This document shows, one piece after another, positions 9,768-21,089 of a stretch of DNA of 64,000 nucleotides (position 1 is its first letter; the number at the start of each line of letters is the position of its first letter). Below the pieces are notes generated by a model. That model worked only from the letters and a program-made list of their open reading frames with translations. It was not told the DNA's origin and ran no database searches. A program made the position numbers and the translations under genes. The stretch comes from a virus (taxonomy: Duplodnaviria; Caudoviricetes), in the IMG/VR virus record IMGVR_UViG_3300016725_000002, positions 32,001 through 96,000 of that record; one strand, 5' to 3'.

Positions 9768-10595
9768 TTAAACCTCATAGTAATAACAATTATTACATAT
9801 ATCAGAAATAGTAAATAGTTCTCTTTTGTATAATGAAATTAGATTAGGTCGTGTAATTGGTACTGACTCTGTATTTACAATGTTAGCACTACATTTAAGA
9901 ATAAGTTTTCTATCAATATCTAATGCAGCAGCCTCATGAGTTGTATTACAACGTAATTGAGCATCCTTAGCTACAGAAGAATCTTGTTTAAAATGTAAAG
10001 CTTTAAATGCTTCAACTGCATCCAATCCCTCAATATTATTATCAAGAGTATAGAAAGTTTGAAGATCATCAAAGTATTGTTCTACTGAATCATTATCTGA
10101 TTTAGGATTAAATATTTTAAAATATGTATTGCTCTCTTTTAATTGTAAATATAATGCTCTATTATTTAGCAAAGCTTTAGTTGTTTTATTAGTCATTACA
10201 ACTATATTTAGATGATTACTATTTTCTTTTGATAATAAAGGCATATCATAAAATTTATTAAGTGTAGTTGATACATCTGAAATCAAGTGTTCATTATATT
10301 TCTTATCAACTAAAAATTCAATTCCATATTTCTTTCGCACTAAACCATTAGAAATAATTTGAATACTTTGTGTATTACGGTAAGAATTAATTAAATTACA
10401 ACATTCAACTAAATTGGTTGCTAACCCAGGTTCACCACCAATTAAGATGATATTTAATTTTGTAAATATAAATGAATCTAAAATATACTTAATATAATCT
10501 AAATCAATTTCATACTCAATATTTTGTGAATTTCTATAGTAACAATAATAGCAAGATTGATTACATTTATGTGAAAGTATTAATTCGAGATGCAT
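9768..10595 (-). CDS. Radical SAM protein, short family
   Basis: CNQSCYYC, IGGEPGL, ISNG; C-terminal C...C...CNNCYYY. Confidence 0.9.
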   Translation of the reverse strand: MHLELILSHKCNQSCYYCYYRNSQNIEYEIDLDYIKYILDSFIFTKLNIILIGGEPGLATNLVECCNLINSYRNTQSIQIISNGLVRKKYGIEFLVDKKYNEHLISDVSTTLNKFYDMPLLSKENSNHLNIVVMTNKTTKALLNNRALYLQLKESNTYFKIFNPKSDNDSVEQYFDDLQTFYTLDNNIEGLDAVEAFKALHFKQDSSVAKDAQLRCNTTHEAAALDIDRKLILKCSANIVNTESVPITRPNLISLYKRELFTISDICNNCYYYEV

Positions 10596-12268
10596 ATATC
10601 TCTCACTATCTTATTTTCTTGGATATGCTTTTCATATATCTTTTTATATCTTTTCCACACTTCTTCTTTTGTTTTAAACATATCATACAAGGCGTAAACA
10701 ACTTGATAATGATAATCTACGTTATGGACTTTATCAATTACATTTGCAAAATCAGCCATATCTCTACACTTCTTTTCTAAGACTGCTCCAAAAGAATTTA
10801 ATCTATTATCTTCTGAGTAAAATATTTTATTTTTGATTTGCATAGTTTTAATTTCATGTTCATGTGGATGTGATGCAAGTGGAGCGTTAGGATATAAATG
10901 TAATGCATTAATAATAATACTATTTATTACTCCATCACCTAAATTAGAACAATAATCATAAACATATTGCGATTCATTTTCTATAGCGTAAGGCATACTG
11001 ATAATAAAATTAGTATTTATAAATATATCATTCTTATGTAATAAATTTAACTTATCTGGTAGGGTATCAATATTAATCTTCTTATTGATAACTCGTAAAA
11101 CTTCTTTATTAATACTTTCTACACCTAAATTAGCAATAACTATATTACATTCTCTCATACCTTGTGCAATGTCTGCATCTACATCGCGTACACGAACACC
11201 TGCATATGAATATAACTTAATATTATGCTGTTGGATATAATTACAATACATATCAAATAGATATTTGCTAGTAATAGCACAATCTGTAAAACATACAGCA
11301 TTATATCCATTATCAGTGAATGACTTTAATCCATCCAAGGCTTTAGTTATTTTCGTTTTATCTGGTTTAGAATTTTTAGAAGTAAAATCACAAAATGCAC
11401 ATTTCTCTCTACATTCTCTACTTAATTCTAATGAATATATGAAACATTTAATAAACTTATCATTAAATTTAGGTGAAGCATCTTCAGGTATACCGGAGTT
11501 AGTAAATAAATCATTAACATAGTTGTAATGACTAGGCTGTTCAATTTTTTCATCAAACATGTATGTTTCTGAATTTGGAGTATACACCCAATGATTAATA
11601 TATTGAGATTGACCATTGAACTTGAAATTTTCTAAATTCATTCCCCTAACAATAGGCCAACGTGAACTAATATCATGATAAGCAGATGTATATTGTCCTG
11701 AATTTCCACCAATATAAATATCTGTAGTGATAGTTGAAATATAATCTAAAAGCAAATAGTTATAATAAGTACAATGTTCCATAACTTGTGGACGTTGCAT
11801 TAAACTAAAAAATACAATATCATTCTTGTTTACTTCTTCTTTAATCTTCTGTTTTGCTAATGTCATTAATTCATCAAGGTTTTCTTGACTAGTGGCTGAC
11901 ATATTTTTATTATAATTGATTAGGTATGAATCTAAATCAATAATTTTCATATCATAATCTTTCTTAAAATAATTGTAAATTACAAATGGGCCATAGGATA
12001 CATATGAATTAACATGATACGGATTAAATTCATGACAAGATATTTCAAAAGCTTGTTGAGCATTTTCTATATCGTTGGTATAACCATCAAAAATAATATC
12101 CTTAAAAATATGAGATTGCATATTAGTATATTTAATATCTAAAGGTTTTTCAGTATTAATACATGTAAAATTAACCTTATGATATGGTATGTACCATTTA
12201 TCAAATCTGCCAGTTAAACGCTTATGAAAGGTATTAATTAATCCATTGATAACTACGATTCTTTTCAT
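10580..12268 (-). CDS. Long radical SAM protein, class B-like
   Basis: IYIGGN, CREKCAFC, LGVESINKEVLRVINK, NFIISMP. Confidence 0.8.
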   Translation of the reverse strand: MKRIVVINGLINTFHKRLTGRFDKWYIPYHKVNFTCINTEKPLDIKYTNMQSHIFKDIIFDGYTNDIENAQQAFEISCHEFNPYHVNSYVSYGPFVIYNYFKKDYDMKIIDLDSYLINYNKNMSATSQENLDELMTLAKQKIKEEVNKNDIVFFSLMQRPQVMEHCTYYNYLLLDYISTITTDIYIGGNSGQYTSAYHDISSRWPIVRGMNLENFKFNGQSQYINHWVYTPNSETYMFDEKIEQPSHYNYVNDLFTNSGIPEDASPKFNDKFIKCFIYSLELSRECREKCAFCDFTSKNSKPDKTKITKALDGLKSFTDNGYNAVCFTDCAITSKYLFDMYCNYIQQHNIKLYSYAGVRVRDVDADIAQGMRECNIVIANLGVESINKEVLRVINKKINIDTLPDKLNLLHKNDIFINTNFIISMPYAIENESQYVYDYCSNLGDGVINSIIINALHLYPNAPLASHPHEHEIKTMQIKNKIFYSEDNRLNSFGAVLEKKCRDMADFANVIDKVHNVDYHYQVVYALYDMFKTKEEVWKRYKKIYEKHIQENKIVRDICISN

Positions 12269-12277
12269 AATTCTCCT

Positions 12278-13975
12278 TTAAAGTTGATTAAAGTTCATAT
12301 CAGGATATGATGAACGTAATTTTTCCATTATCAATTTAATATTTCCATTGTAGTATTTATGTAAAACATATATCAAATTATACTGAATAAAAAATGTAGG
12401 GCGTAATACATTATATAAATATGAAACATTGTCAGAAGAACTAAATGAATCTTCACATACTAAATTCATTGTTTCATCAAAAGTTTTGCCTGGAATTTTA
12501 AATATATAAGTATTAGGAATAGACATAATTTTATGTTTTTTCTTTACATTATAGGATAGTTCAGAAGGATATAATACATATGGGTAATAATAAATAATAT
12601 TAAATATATCTCTTCCGCCACTATCTTTAATGAACTGCCTCATATATTTAAGTTCATCTTTTTCAAAGTTAGGAATACCTAAAATAATGTTGATTATATT
12701 AAAGATACCTTTACTTGAAAGATAAGCTAAATGCTCTGCTGCTTTTTCAAGTGTAAAACCTTTACCAATATATTCAAGTCGTTCATTTGAAGTAGCTGTT
12801 TCCACACCAATACTAGCAAGTATACAACCTGCTTCTGAAATCATATCTGTAACATGAGTTGAAATATTACGAAGGTTCAAGCCACATAACCATTTTAAAT
12901 CTAAATTATTCTTTACAATATAGTTGCATAAATATTCTAAATATTGCAAGTTGCTATTAATACTTGGATCTAAGCATAACATAAAATTATAACCTGCATC
13001 ATAATATTGTTGAATCTGTTGACAACTCAAATCAAAATCTCGCTTATCTGTAATCAAACCGTTCTTACAAGTATTTAATAATTTCATATGAGAAGAATTT
13101 AAACAAAAAATACATTTATTAGAACAGTACATTGAAGTTACATATTCAAAACTTTTACAAGTCTTTTGTTCAAACTCAGGTGTACAATCAAGTGTAACAT
13201 CACATTTATTTAGTATGTCTTTAAATGTATAAGAGTCTTGCTGGTTAATTAAATTTTGAGAATATTTCAATGGTGAAAATATATTGTTTTCTGGTAAGTC
13301 AATCACTTCAGAAGTATCATTTAAATCAAGATAATCTAAGTTTCTACCTAAAACTAATGAAGTATTATTTATTGCATGTGGTTTATCTACTTTGCATGCC
13401 AATCCATGACCACCAATAAGAAACCTATCATGTTTAATGCTATTAGCAAGTTGAAAAGCATGGGAGGTTATTCTATAACCAATTAATTCCATTTTTAAAT
13501 CTGAAATCTTATTAGTTGAGAAAAATATGTAATTATATTGTTTATCCATGTAAGGTTTAAATAAAGAATCAATATATGCATATACTTTCTCATAATCTAA
13601 CACATCAAGGACATTAGCGTAATATTCATTCAATAGTTTTTCATCAATATCTAATACTTCATACTGAATATTGTTTAGTATACAATAGTTAATTAAATAT
13701 GTTTTCTTTAATGAATTATAATTAAACTTTGCACTATGTCTAACTTGAATATCATTTATTTCTTTATCAATATCCGTTGTATCATTGACATAAGGATAAA
13801 CCATTGTATCTAAATCTTTTACGAATAAACGTGACTTTTTATAATGTAATGTAGGATTACGCAATAAATCAAAGTTCATGCTAAGATAACTGTGAATATA
13901 ATCATGAAATACATAATCTCTATGACAAAACTTACTAGAAATATAGGTATTAAAAATTAACAAAGCAGTCTTCAT
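12278..13975 (-). CDS. Long radical SAM protein, class B-like
   Basis: FLIGGHG, CSNKCIFC, IGVET...LEYIGKG, NIILGIP. Confidence 0.8.
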   Translation of the reverse strand: MKTALLIFNTYISSKFCHRDYVFHDYIHSYLSMNFDLLRNPTLHYKKSRLFVKDLDTMVYPYVNDTTDIDKEINDIQVRHSAKFNYNSLKKTYLINYCILNNIQYEVLDIDEKLLNEYYANVLDVLDYEKVYAYIDSLFKPYMDKQYNYIFFSTNKISDLKMELIGYRITSHAFQLANSIKHDRFLIGGHGLACKVDKPHAINNTSLVLGRNLDYLDLNDTSEVIDLPENNIFSPLKYSQNLINQQDSYTFKDILNKCDVTLDCTPEFEQKTCKSFEYVTSMYCSNKCIFCLNSSHMKLLNTCKNGLITDKRDFDLSCQQIQQYYDAGYNFMLCLDPSINSNLQYLEYLCNYIVKNNLDLKWLCGLNLRNISTHVTDMISEAGCILASIGVETATSNERLEYIGKGFTLEKAAEHLAYLSSKGIFNIINIILGIPNFEKDELKYMRQFIKDSGGRDIFNIIYYYPYVLYPSELSYNVKKKHKIMSIPNTYIFKIPGKTFDETMNLVCEDSFSSSDNVSYLYNVLRPTFFIQYNLIYVLHKYYNGNIKLIMEKLRSSYPDMNFNQL

Positions 13976-15558
13976 AATTCGCTCCCTGAAAAACCCACTA
14001 GTTCTTTAGTTTTAAGAAACTCCGAATAATATCTCCACACAATTCTTTTTTCAGTATACTTTGCATATAATGCAAAGATATAGTTAATATAACTATCCAA
14101 CTTGTTAAATCTATCAACATATTTTTTGTAAGTTTGCATAGTAATACTCAGTCTATTTAAATTATTATACTGCTTACTTATTTCTTCTAAATATAAATTG
14201 TAATTTTTATGAGATGCAACTTTTATATGAAATTTAGTAGGATCATCATAAAAATGAATTCCTTTATATAAACTAAATATACTATGTTGTACTCCATTTA
14301 TAAGGCCATCTTCATAGGAATCAAGTAGATTAATTAAGTCTTGAACTTCAGTTTTTCTTGCATAAGGCATATTAAATATAAAATTAGTTTGAATAAATAT
14401 ATTATTTTGGTGAAGAGCAGTTAATTTTTCTTCAATCTGAGTTAGAGTTAAATTCTTACGAATATACTTTAAATGTTCATTGTTGCTTGCTTCAATTCCA
14501 ACATTAACTGCTTTTACTCCTAATTCTCGTAAAGCAACAGCTTTATCTTTAGATATATCTTTTAAACATGTTCCACAAAATATGGACATTTTAATATTAT
14601 TCTTCATAATATAATTATATACATTATCAAATGTATATGGATCAAGTAAGTTAGGATCAATTAGTATTACACCATTAAAACCATTCTCATAATAAGATTT
14701 TAAATTATCACATGATTTAGAATAATCTTGTTTTTTAAACTTTTTAACTACACAAGAATTACTACAAAAAGCACATCTACCAGTACATGTAGTATACCCA
14801 GAAATATGGTAGACTAAAGTACGCATTTTAATATCACCAAAAGTTTCTATATATTTATTATCTAATAAATTGGTATAGTTGTCATGAAATTGCAAATATT
14901 CTTCAAAGTTTCCATCATCTAAATTAAGTAGTTTAGATTTTCTAAATTTAGTTAAATTTGAACCTTTAACTAAATTAAAAGATTTAAGTTTAACCATAGG
15001 TAAAGAATTATTTACACCCATATCATTAACACCAGTACCACCAACATATAAATTTTTAGTTTTAGATCGTATTTTATCTAATAATTTTAAATTCCAATAA
15101 CAATTCATTTGTACACAGAAAGAATGCCTAGTATAACTATATAAAACTTCATCCGTTGATTTTATATCATCAAGGGCTAAATTAACTGCTTCCATTTTAT
15201 CATTAAAAGAACCTGTAGTAGTTAAAAATATTTCATCTAAATCAATAAATTTATCAGGCTTGAAATAGCTATTTAATAAATAACTAGTATAATAAAGGAT
15301 ATTACTTGTATAATCCAAATTTGTAATAAATGGAAAATTATCAAAAACTTCTTGAATTTCGTCTTGAGATAAATTTGAATATACATAACAAAATTCCTCA
15401 ATTACTTGTTTGTAATATAAAGTAAAATTAAACTTTTCAACACTTGATTTTTTATCAAATATCCAACCATCATGTGTAAAATAAATTAAAATATCCTTAT
15501 ATTTAGCAGGATATGATATACGAGTTGAATAAGTTAAACCTTGAATAAATATTAACAT
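13972..15558 (-). CDS. Long radical SAM protein, class B-like; closest to 8172..9767
   Basis: LYVGGTG, CTGRCAFC, GVKAVNVGIEASNNEHLKYIRK, NFIFNMPYA. Confidence 0.8.
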   Translation of the reverse strand: MLIFIQGLTYSTRISYPAKYKDILIYFTHDGWIFDKKSSVEKFNFTLYYKQVIEEFCYVYSNLSQDEIQEVFDNFPFITNLDYTSNILYYTSYLLNSYFKPDKFIDLDEIFLTTTGSFNDKMEAVNLALDDIKSTDEVLYSYTRHSFCVQMNCYWNLKLLDKIRSKTKNLYVGGTGVNDMGVNNSLPMVKLKSFNLVKGSNLTKFRKSKLLNLDDGNFEEYLQFHDNYTNLLDNKYIETFGDIKMRTLVYHISGYTTCTGRCAFCSNSCVVKKFKKQDYSKSCDNLKSYYENGFNGVILIDPNLLDPYTFDNVYNYIMKNNIKMSIFCGTCLKDISKDKAVALRELGVKAVNVGIEASNNEHLKYIRKNLTLTQIEEKLTALHQNNIFIQTNFIFNMPYARKTEVQDLINLLDSYEDGLINGVQHSIFSLYKGIHFYDDPTKFHIKVASHKNYNLYLEEISKQYNNLNRLSITMQTYKKYVDRFNKLDSYINYIFALYAKYTEKRIVWRYYSEFLKTKELVGFSGSEL

Positions 15559-16386
15559 TTATTCTTCAACATCATAATAATAACATTTTTCACATAGGGA
15601 ACTAAAATTAAATAACTTTTTATTCAGTAATGCAATTAGATTATCTGAATTAATCTCATAGGATTTACTTAAAATAGGATTACCACCACATTGTAAAATT
15701 GAGTTTGAATCTAAATCCAAGGTTGCACTAGTATGAGATAGACAACAACTTCTTTTATTTTCGATATGTAAATTTGAATCTCTATAGGAAGCTAACTGTT
15801 TTAATTCCCTAATTAAACCATATTTTATATAAAAGGAATATAGAGAATCATAATAAGTATTAAGATCAATAAAATTATTATTCTTTTTATTTAAAATTTT
15901 AAATTCAGAAAATTCTAGTAATTCAGTTGCTAATTCAGTATTATTTAATAATGATTCTGTGGTATGTTTTGTCATTATTACTATATTTTTATTTGTTTTT
16001 GATGAAACAAAAGGCATATCATAAAATTTAATAATTTTATTTTTATAAATTTCAAGTATTAAATGTTCTTCATACCGTATATCTGAAGTAAAATCAAAAT
16101 TCTGCCGAACCAATCCATTTGAAACAATATTTAAATCATTTTTATTTTTCAAGTTTGGTAGAGATAAAAAGTAATCAACTAATTGAGGTAAATTATTACA
16201 TAACCCAGGTTCACCACCACTTAAACACACTGAAATATCTTTAAATATGATAAAAAATTTCATTATATATTTGATATAATCTAAATCTACTTCATAAGAA
16301 TTTTTATTGTGATGATGTAAGTAACAATAATAACAATTTTTATTACAGTTATTAGATAGCATAAATTCTAAGTGAAATTTATGCAT
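15559..16386 (-). CDS. Radical SAM protein, short family
   Basis: CNKNCYYC, SGGEPGL, VSNG; C-terminal CC...C...CEKCYYY. Confidence 0.9.
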   Translation of the reverse strand: MHKFHLEFMLSNNCNKNCYYCYLHHHNKNSYEVDLDYIKYIMKFFIIFKDISVCLSGGEPGLCNNLPQLVDYFLSLPNLKNKNDLNIVSNGLVRQNFDFTSDIRYEEHLILEIYKNKIIKFYDMPFVSSKTNKNIVIMTKHTTESLLNNTELATELLEFSEFKILNKKNNNFIDLNTYYDSLYSFYIKYGLIRELKQLASYRDSNLHIENKRSCCLSHTSATLDLDSNSILQCGGNPILSKSYEINSDNLIALLNKKLFNFSSLCEKCYYYDVEE

Positions 16387-17472
16387 TTATTTTTCTCGTA
16401 CAATGTCCAGTGTAAAACAATGAAAACCTCCACCAAATAAACGTCTATGTCTATGTTGAACAGGAATTGGTTCAAATCCTTCATTACTTAACGTATCACA
16501 AAGTTCAGGGAATAAAGAGTTGCACATAATACGTTTTCCATCAATGCTTAATACATTTATATCAATGAACGGGCCAGCTAAACGTAAATCATCAAAACCA
16601 TATGCAGGAAAATGATTATCATTTGATACAGGAGCATACACTAATTTCCAATCTTTTAAGAAATCAGGAAGAATATCACGAATAAATGTATTTCGTACTA
16701 ATAAAGTACCTTCACATAAAGGAACAATATAACTGTCTAAATGATTATCCGTTATGGAACGTACAATATGAAAATGGTATTCAGGAAATTGACGAATCAA
16801 CCACTCTGCACCTAGTCTATGATTATGTGTACTAACATTAACAATAATATCTTTTCCAAATCTAACTAGCTGTGCAGCATCAATCATCATTTCATGACCT
16901 AAACCAAAATTCAATTCTATTGGATCTAATTTTTGTGTATTTTCAATTGGAAATGTTTCAGCAATACTTTCAGTATCGAATGATGAATCTAACATCATAG
17001 GTTTAGGCATTTCAAACCACTGACAATCACCACGAGAAAAGAAATCATAGAAAACAGGTTTAAGTAAATCATTTTCAAAATATCTATATCTAACTTGTGG
17101 TGCTAATTCAACAATACGATTACCTAGAATAACTACTTGGTCACGAATATTAAGTGCAGGAATCATTGTGCTTTTATAATAAGGTGTTTTATATGGAACA
17201 GGAGCAGATAAAGTTTTAGGACGATGCACTATAATACCAAGTGATTCTAATACATTTTTCATATTTTCAACATCTTCAGTTAATTCTTGTAAATATTGTT
17301 TCTTTACTTGAAATTTATTTTCATTATCTCGTCTACTATATACTTCAGAATAATGTTCAGCATAAAATAATTTAAATGATAGTTCTAAAGCAGGTAATTG
17401 AAAGTTTAATGGTGAACCTAAAACTACTTCTTTTAAAGGCGACCATTCATTGTTAGAATAAACCGTATTCAT
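16387..17472 (-). CDS. Amidinotransferase (glycine / inosamine-phosphate amidinotransferase family)
   Basis: NEWSPLKEVVLG, RDQVVILG, RYFE, DAA, HLD, GGGFHCFTLD (catalytic Asp/His/Cys of the pentein fold). Confidence 0.9.
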   Translation of the reverse strand: MNTVYSNNEWSPLKEVVLGSPLNFQLPALELSFKLFYAEHYSEVYSRRDNENKFQVKKQYLQELTEDVENMKNVLESLGIIVHRPKTLSAPVPYKTPYYKSTMIPALNIRDQVVILGNRIVELAPQVRYRYFENDLLKPVFYDFFSRGDCQWFEMPKPMMLDSSFDTESIAETFPIENTQKLDPIELNFGLGHEMMIDAAQLVRFGKDIIVNVSTHNHRLGAEWLIRQFPEYHFHIVRSITDNHLDSYIVPLCEGTLLVRNTFIRDILPDFLKDWKLVYAPVSNDNHFPAYGFDDLRLAGPFIDINVLSIDGKRIMCNSLFPELCDTLSNEGFEPIPVQHRHRRLFGGGFHCFTLDIVREK

Positions 17473-18412
17473 TAATCCCTCTCCTTCTCATATCAAACAA
17501 CACACGGCGATAATTCAATTCATTATTAGGGTTCATGTAATGAGAGTTATATAACCAAACAAAGTTTGCTATACAGTTGTTGCAAGTTTCATCATGAAAA
17601 GGATAAATAGGTTCATTATATAATACTTTTTTAAGATTCTCATAGGTTAACTCAACAGAGTTAGTATTCATACTAATGCAACATCTATGAATCTTTCGTA
17701 GAGGTAAATTAATAATAATTTTATTGTAAATATTACAACATGCAAATCTAAAGGTTCGCAGCGTATCAGGTTTATCTGTATATTCAATTATTTCTTTAAC
17801 TCGGTTTTTCATATGATCTTCAATATTTGGTTTGTCACACATAATATCATAAATTTGTTGAAAATCTTCTTTACTCATAAAGTCTAAGCCGGGAACTCTA
17901 GGTTGTAAGAAATGAGGTAAAAATGTTTTATCTAAATTAGCTGAAAGAAAAGAATCAAGATATTTTATATTATGTTTATGAACTACCATTGTATAAAGTA
18001 CATGAATAGATGGGTCAAAAGTATAATCTGGGAAAGTTGTTTCTTCATTTAATTCGGTAACTGTATGATAAAGTATATGATGGATCTTATCCTTATATCT
18101 ATCATGATAATTACGCTGCATAAACAGTCCATTAGTTGTAATTGTATATGTTTCACTTAAATTAGCATTAAATACTTCATCCAAATAATCTTGAGAAAGT
18201 AATCCAATCTCTCCACCCTCAAGAGATACTTCAATATTAGCGTTACCTTTAATTTCATTAAACATTTCTACAAATTCACGATAATAACTTAAATCAACGG
18301 TAGTAGGATTAACAATTGAAGGATGGTCACAATACCAACAACGCCATTGACATTTTTGAGTTAAAGATATCCATACCCATCTATCAAAATCAACATAATC
18401 TCGCTTTTTCAT
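17453..18412 (-). CDS. Radical SAM protein, short family; close paralog of 5616..6530
   Basis: WISLTQKCQWRCWYCDHP, EGGEIGL, TTNG, HRCC, CNNC. Confidence 0.9.
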   Translation of the reverse strand: MKKRDYVDFDRWVWISLTQKCQWRCWYCDHPSIVNPTTVDLSYYREFVEMFNEIKGNANIEVSLEGGEIGLLSQDYLDEVFNANLSETYTITTNGLFMQRNYHDRYKDKIHHILYHTVTELNEETTFPDYTFDPSIHVLYTMVVHKHNIKYLDSFLSANLDKTFLPHFLQPRVPGLDFMSKEDFQQIYDIMCDKPNIEDHMKNRVKEIIEYTDKPDTLRTFRFACCNIYNKIIINLPLRKIHRCCISMNTNSVELTYENLKKVLYNEPIYPFHDETCNNCIANFVWLYNSHYMNPNNELNYRRVLFDMRRRGINEYGLF

Positions 18413-18421
18413 ATTGCTCCT

Positions 18422-19381
18422 TTATAATACCTTTCTACTCAATAGAAAGTCTTCTTCTGGTGGAAAACAGAAAGGAAGTTTACATATTTGATTTTTAAAA
18501 TCATAATATGGATTAGTTAATACATTGCCTAATGGTTTTTGATTGTAAAAATCTTCATCGTAACGACAACAAGGATAAATATTAAAGTTATCTAATACTG
18601 AAATATATTTATTTCCTGCTTCACAAATTAACATCTTATATCGTGTATAGTCATTAATATTAGAATCATTAAATTGCAAATCATATTTATCATGTATTTC
18701 ACTTGTTCCATTATTAAATGTATACTTAAATAACAAATCTTTTCCACTTATTTTTCTAGCTTTGTTAAATAACTCAGACATGTACCATGAGTATTCGGTT
18801 TCACCGGGTAAAATGCTATATATTGTTCTAGGTAATATTCTAAACTCAGGTATATTAACTGAATTGAAATATTCAAAGGCTTTAAATGATAATTCATCAT
18901 CTTCGCCAGTAAACATACATTTAACTTCTACAGTAGCACCAGCATTTAAGAGTATCGTAATCTTTTGGTCTAATTGTTTGATATTAGTAATATGTGGATG
19001 AAAACTAGTTAATACACGCAATTTGCTATTACAACTAGCTATTAACTCTTGAAGATAAGATATATCTCGATATAAATTAGTATAGAGTTTAACATTGTAT
19101 TTATAATTATTTATTGCATGTAAAAAATGAGGATGAGTTAATGGTTCACCACCATAAATAGCTATCCAAGATTTATCCGTTGAGATATTATTGAAATAAG
19201 TTGTTGCAACTGTTAACTGATCTTTAGTTGAAAATTCATTTGTATTCTTACAACTATAAATACAATATCTACAGTTAAATGTACAATTTTTAGTTATTCC
19301 CCAACCAATATATCGGTCACAGGGTTCAATCATATAGTTATCTTGGTATTCAATTCTACTTATATCTCGCAATCTTTTCAT
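18422..19381 (-). CDS. Radical SAM protein with twitch-like domain
   Basis: CTFNCRYC, YGGEPLTHP, YTN, SFHP; CEAG...YPCC...CKLPFC. Confidence 0.9.
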   Translation of the reverse strand: MKRLRDISRIEYQDNYMIEPCDRYIGWGITKNCTFNCRYCIYSCKNTNEFSTKDQLTVATTYFNNISTDKSWIAIYGGEPLTHPHFLHAINNYKYNVKLYTNLYRDISYLQELIASCNSKLRVLTSFHPHITNIKQLDQKITILLNAGATVEVKCMFTGEDDELSFKAFEYFNSVNIPEFRILPRTIYSILPGETEYSWYMSELFNKARKISGKDLLFKYTFNNGTSEIHDKYDLQFNDSNINDYTRYKMLICEAGNKYISVLDNFNIYPCCRYDEDFYNQKPLGNVLTNPYYDFKNQICKLPFCFPPEEDFLLSRKVL

Positions 19382-20250
19382 AAAGTTTTTGCGTTCCTTA
19401 TTTTAGTATTTAAAATATTAGTTAAGTTCTTTTCAGCACACCATGCAAAACAGGATTTACAGTATTCATTGTCACCAAACATATTAGAATGGGGTGTTAA
19501 TATTTTAATTAAATTATCTTCAGTTAAATCAATTGAATTATTTGATCTGCCAGAACATTGAGCTATTTTATTTTCAGGTAACACAATACTAACTGTTTGA
19601 TTTAAGGTGGCGCATGCTTTTCTACTCATATCTAAAGATGGTATAGCTGCTATTTTTCGTTCTATATCTTCAATACATGCAGCAGTAATATTCTGGTATT
19701 GTTTAGCACATTCTAACAAATAAGTATAACAAGTTTTAAGCTGCATTTCTGTTATGTCTAAAGATAATGGAAAGTCAAATCCTAAATAATCAATAGGCAT
19801 ATGTTTATTTTTCTGTAGAAATTCTTCAATATAGTATGCGCAATTAAACACCTTTCCATAACTTACATTAGCAACACATTCATTTACTCCATCATGCATA
19901 TGACAGAAGATGTGACTACTTTCATATCGTTTATGATAATTACGTTTTAGATATTCACCATTTGTTGAAATTATAGGTTTGATATTCCAGTTACTCAAAT
20001 AATAAAAAACCATATGAAGAAGTCTTTCGTCTAATAAACCAATCTCTCCACCAACCAAACATACAGAGCATTTTTCAATTAGTTGAACAGTATTACAAAT
20101 ATACGGCAAATGCTGATGGAGTTGTTGTTCTGTAACATGGTTATATGAAGGGAATGTTCCGAATGTACAATGAGTACATTTCCAATTACATTGCGTTGTT
20201 AACACTAATTCAATCTGCTGGTCAATGTTTGTGTATATCACCAAAACCAC
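19378..20250 (-). CDS. Radical SAM protein, short family
   Basis: CNWKCTHC, VGGEIGL, STNG; C...C...CKSCFAWC. Confidence 0.88.
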   Translation of the reverse strand: MVLVIYTNIDQQIELVLTTQCNWKCTHCTFGTFPSYNHVTEQQLHQHLPYICNTVQLIEKCSVCLVGGEIGLLDERLLHMVFYYLSNWNIKPIISTNGEYLKRNYHKRYESSHIFCHMHDGVNECVANVSYGKVFNCAYYIEEFLQKNKHMPIDYLGFDFPLSLDITEMQLKTCYTYLLECAKQYQNITAACIEDIERKIAAIPSLDMSRKACATLNQTVSIVLPENKIAQCSGRSNNSIDLTEDNLIKILTPHSNMFGDNEYCKSCFAWCAEKNLTNILNTKIRNAKTL

Positions 20251-21089
20251 CCATAGTCCCTGTTTATGAAACTTTTGTTTAGGCGTGCATTGACAACTTT
20301 GTCTGTTTTGTGTGCGTCCATATCATAATAATAACAAGCATCGCACATCTTATTATATTTAAATAATGTTCCTCTTAATAAGCTACGCAGGTTTTCTGCG
20401 GTAACGGCATAACTCTCTGATTCTTTAAAAAAGGAACATTGATTAATTTGTTTATTATACAGTGTAATAGATGGCATATGTGAATATGTTGAACATAATA
20501 TTCTATTGGTATCACATGCATGTTGTAATACAGATACTGCATATTTATCTTGTCTATCAGAATAAAATTTAATATATTTATTTAACTCTTTAACTTGAAC
20601 AGTATAATTTAGTAACATCTTATACACAGTATTTTGTGGTAGATACTTCATTAATTCAGGGGAAAGACTATTTAACACATTATCAGTCAATACTAAAATA
20701 TTAGCACATTTTTCTGTTACAAAAGGAAGTTGTGTATTATACTGAATAGCACCATCTACTATATCTTGAATAAGATGTTCACAATATAGTCTAAATTTAA
20801 CACAAGATACTAAATCATAATAGTGATCTCTAAATAAACCATTAGACATAACTTGAAAATAATTCACATATTTATTATCTATTACTTTACGCAATAATTG
20901 GGGCATATTTGAAATTAAACCTGTTTCTCCACCAGAAATTTCAAGATATAGCGGAACAGCTAAAGAGTTAAGTATATATTCAACATAATCAACATCTATT
21001 TCAATTAAATCTGTACTATTTTTTATAAAGTCACAGTAATAACAATTGCTGTTACACTTATTATGGGTTATTAAGCTTAGGAAAAACAT
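20238..21089 (-). CDS. Radical SAM protein, short family
   Basis: CNSNCYYC, SGGETGL, MSNG; C...C...CDACYYY. Confidence 0.88.
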   Translation of the reverse strand: MFFLSLITHNKCNSNCYYCDFIKNSTDLIEIDVDYVEYILNSLAVPLYLEISGGETGLISNMPQLLRKVIDNKYVNYFQVMSNGLFRDHYYDLVSCVKFRLYCEHLIQDIVDGAIQYNTQLPFVTEKCANILVLTDNVLNSLSPELMKYLPQNTVYKMLLNYTVQVKELNKYIKFYSDRQDKYAVSVLQHACDTNRILCSTYSHMPSITLYNKQINQCSFFKESESYAVTAENLRSLLRGTLFKYNKMCDACYYYDMDAHKTDKVVNARLNKSFINRDYGWFW

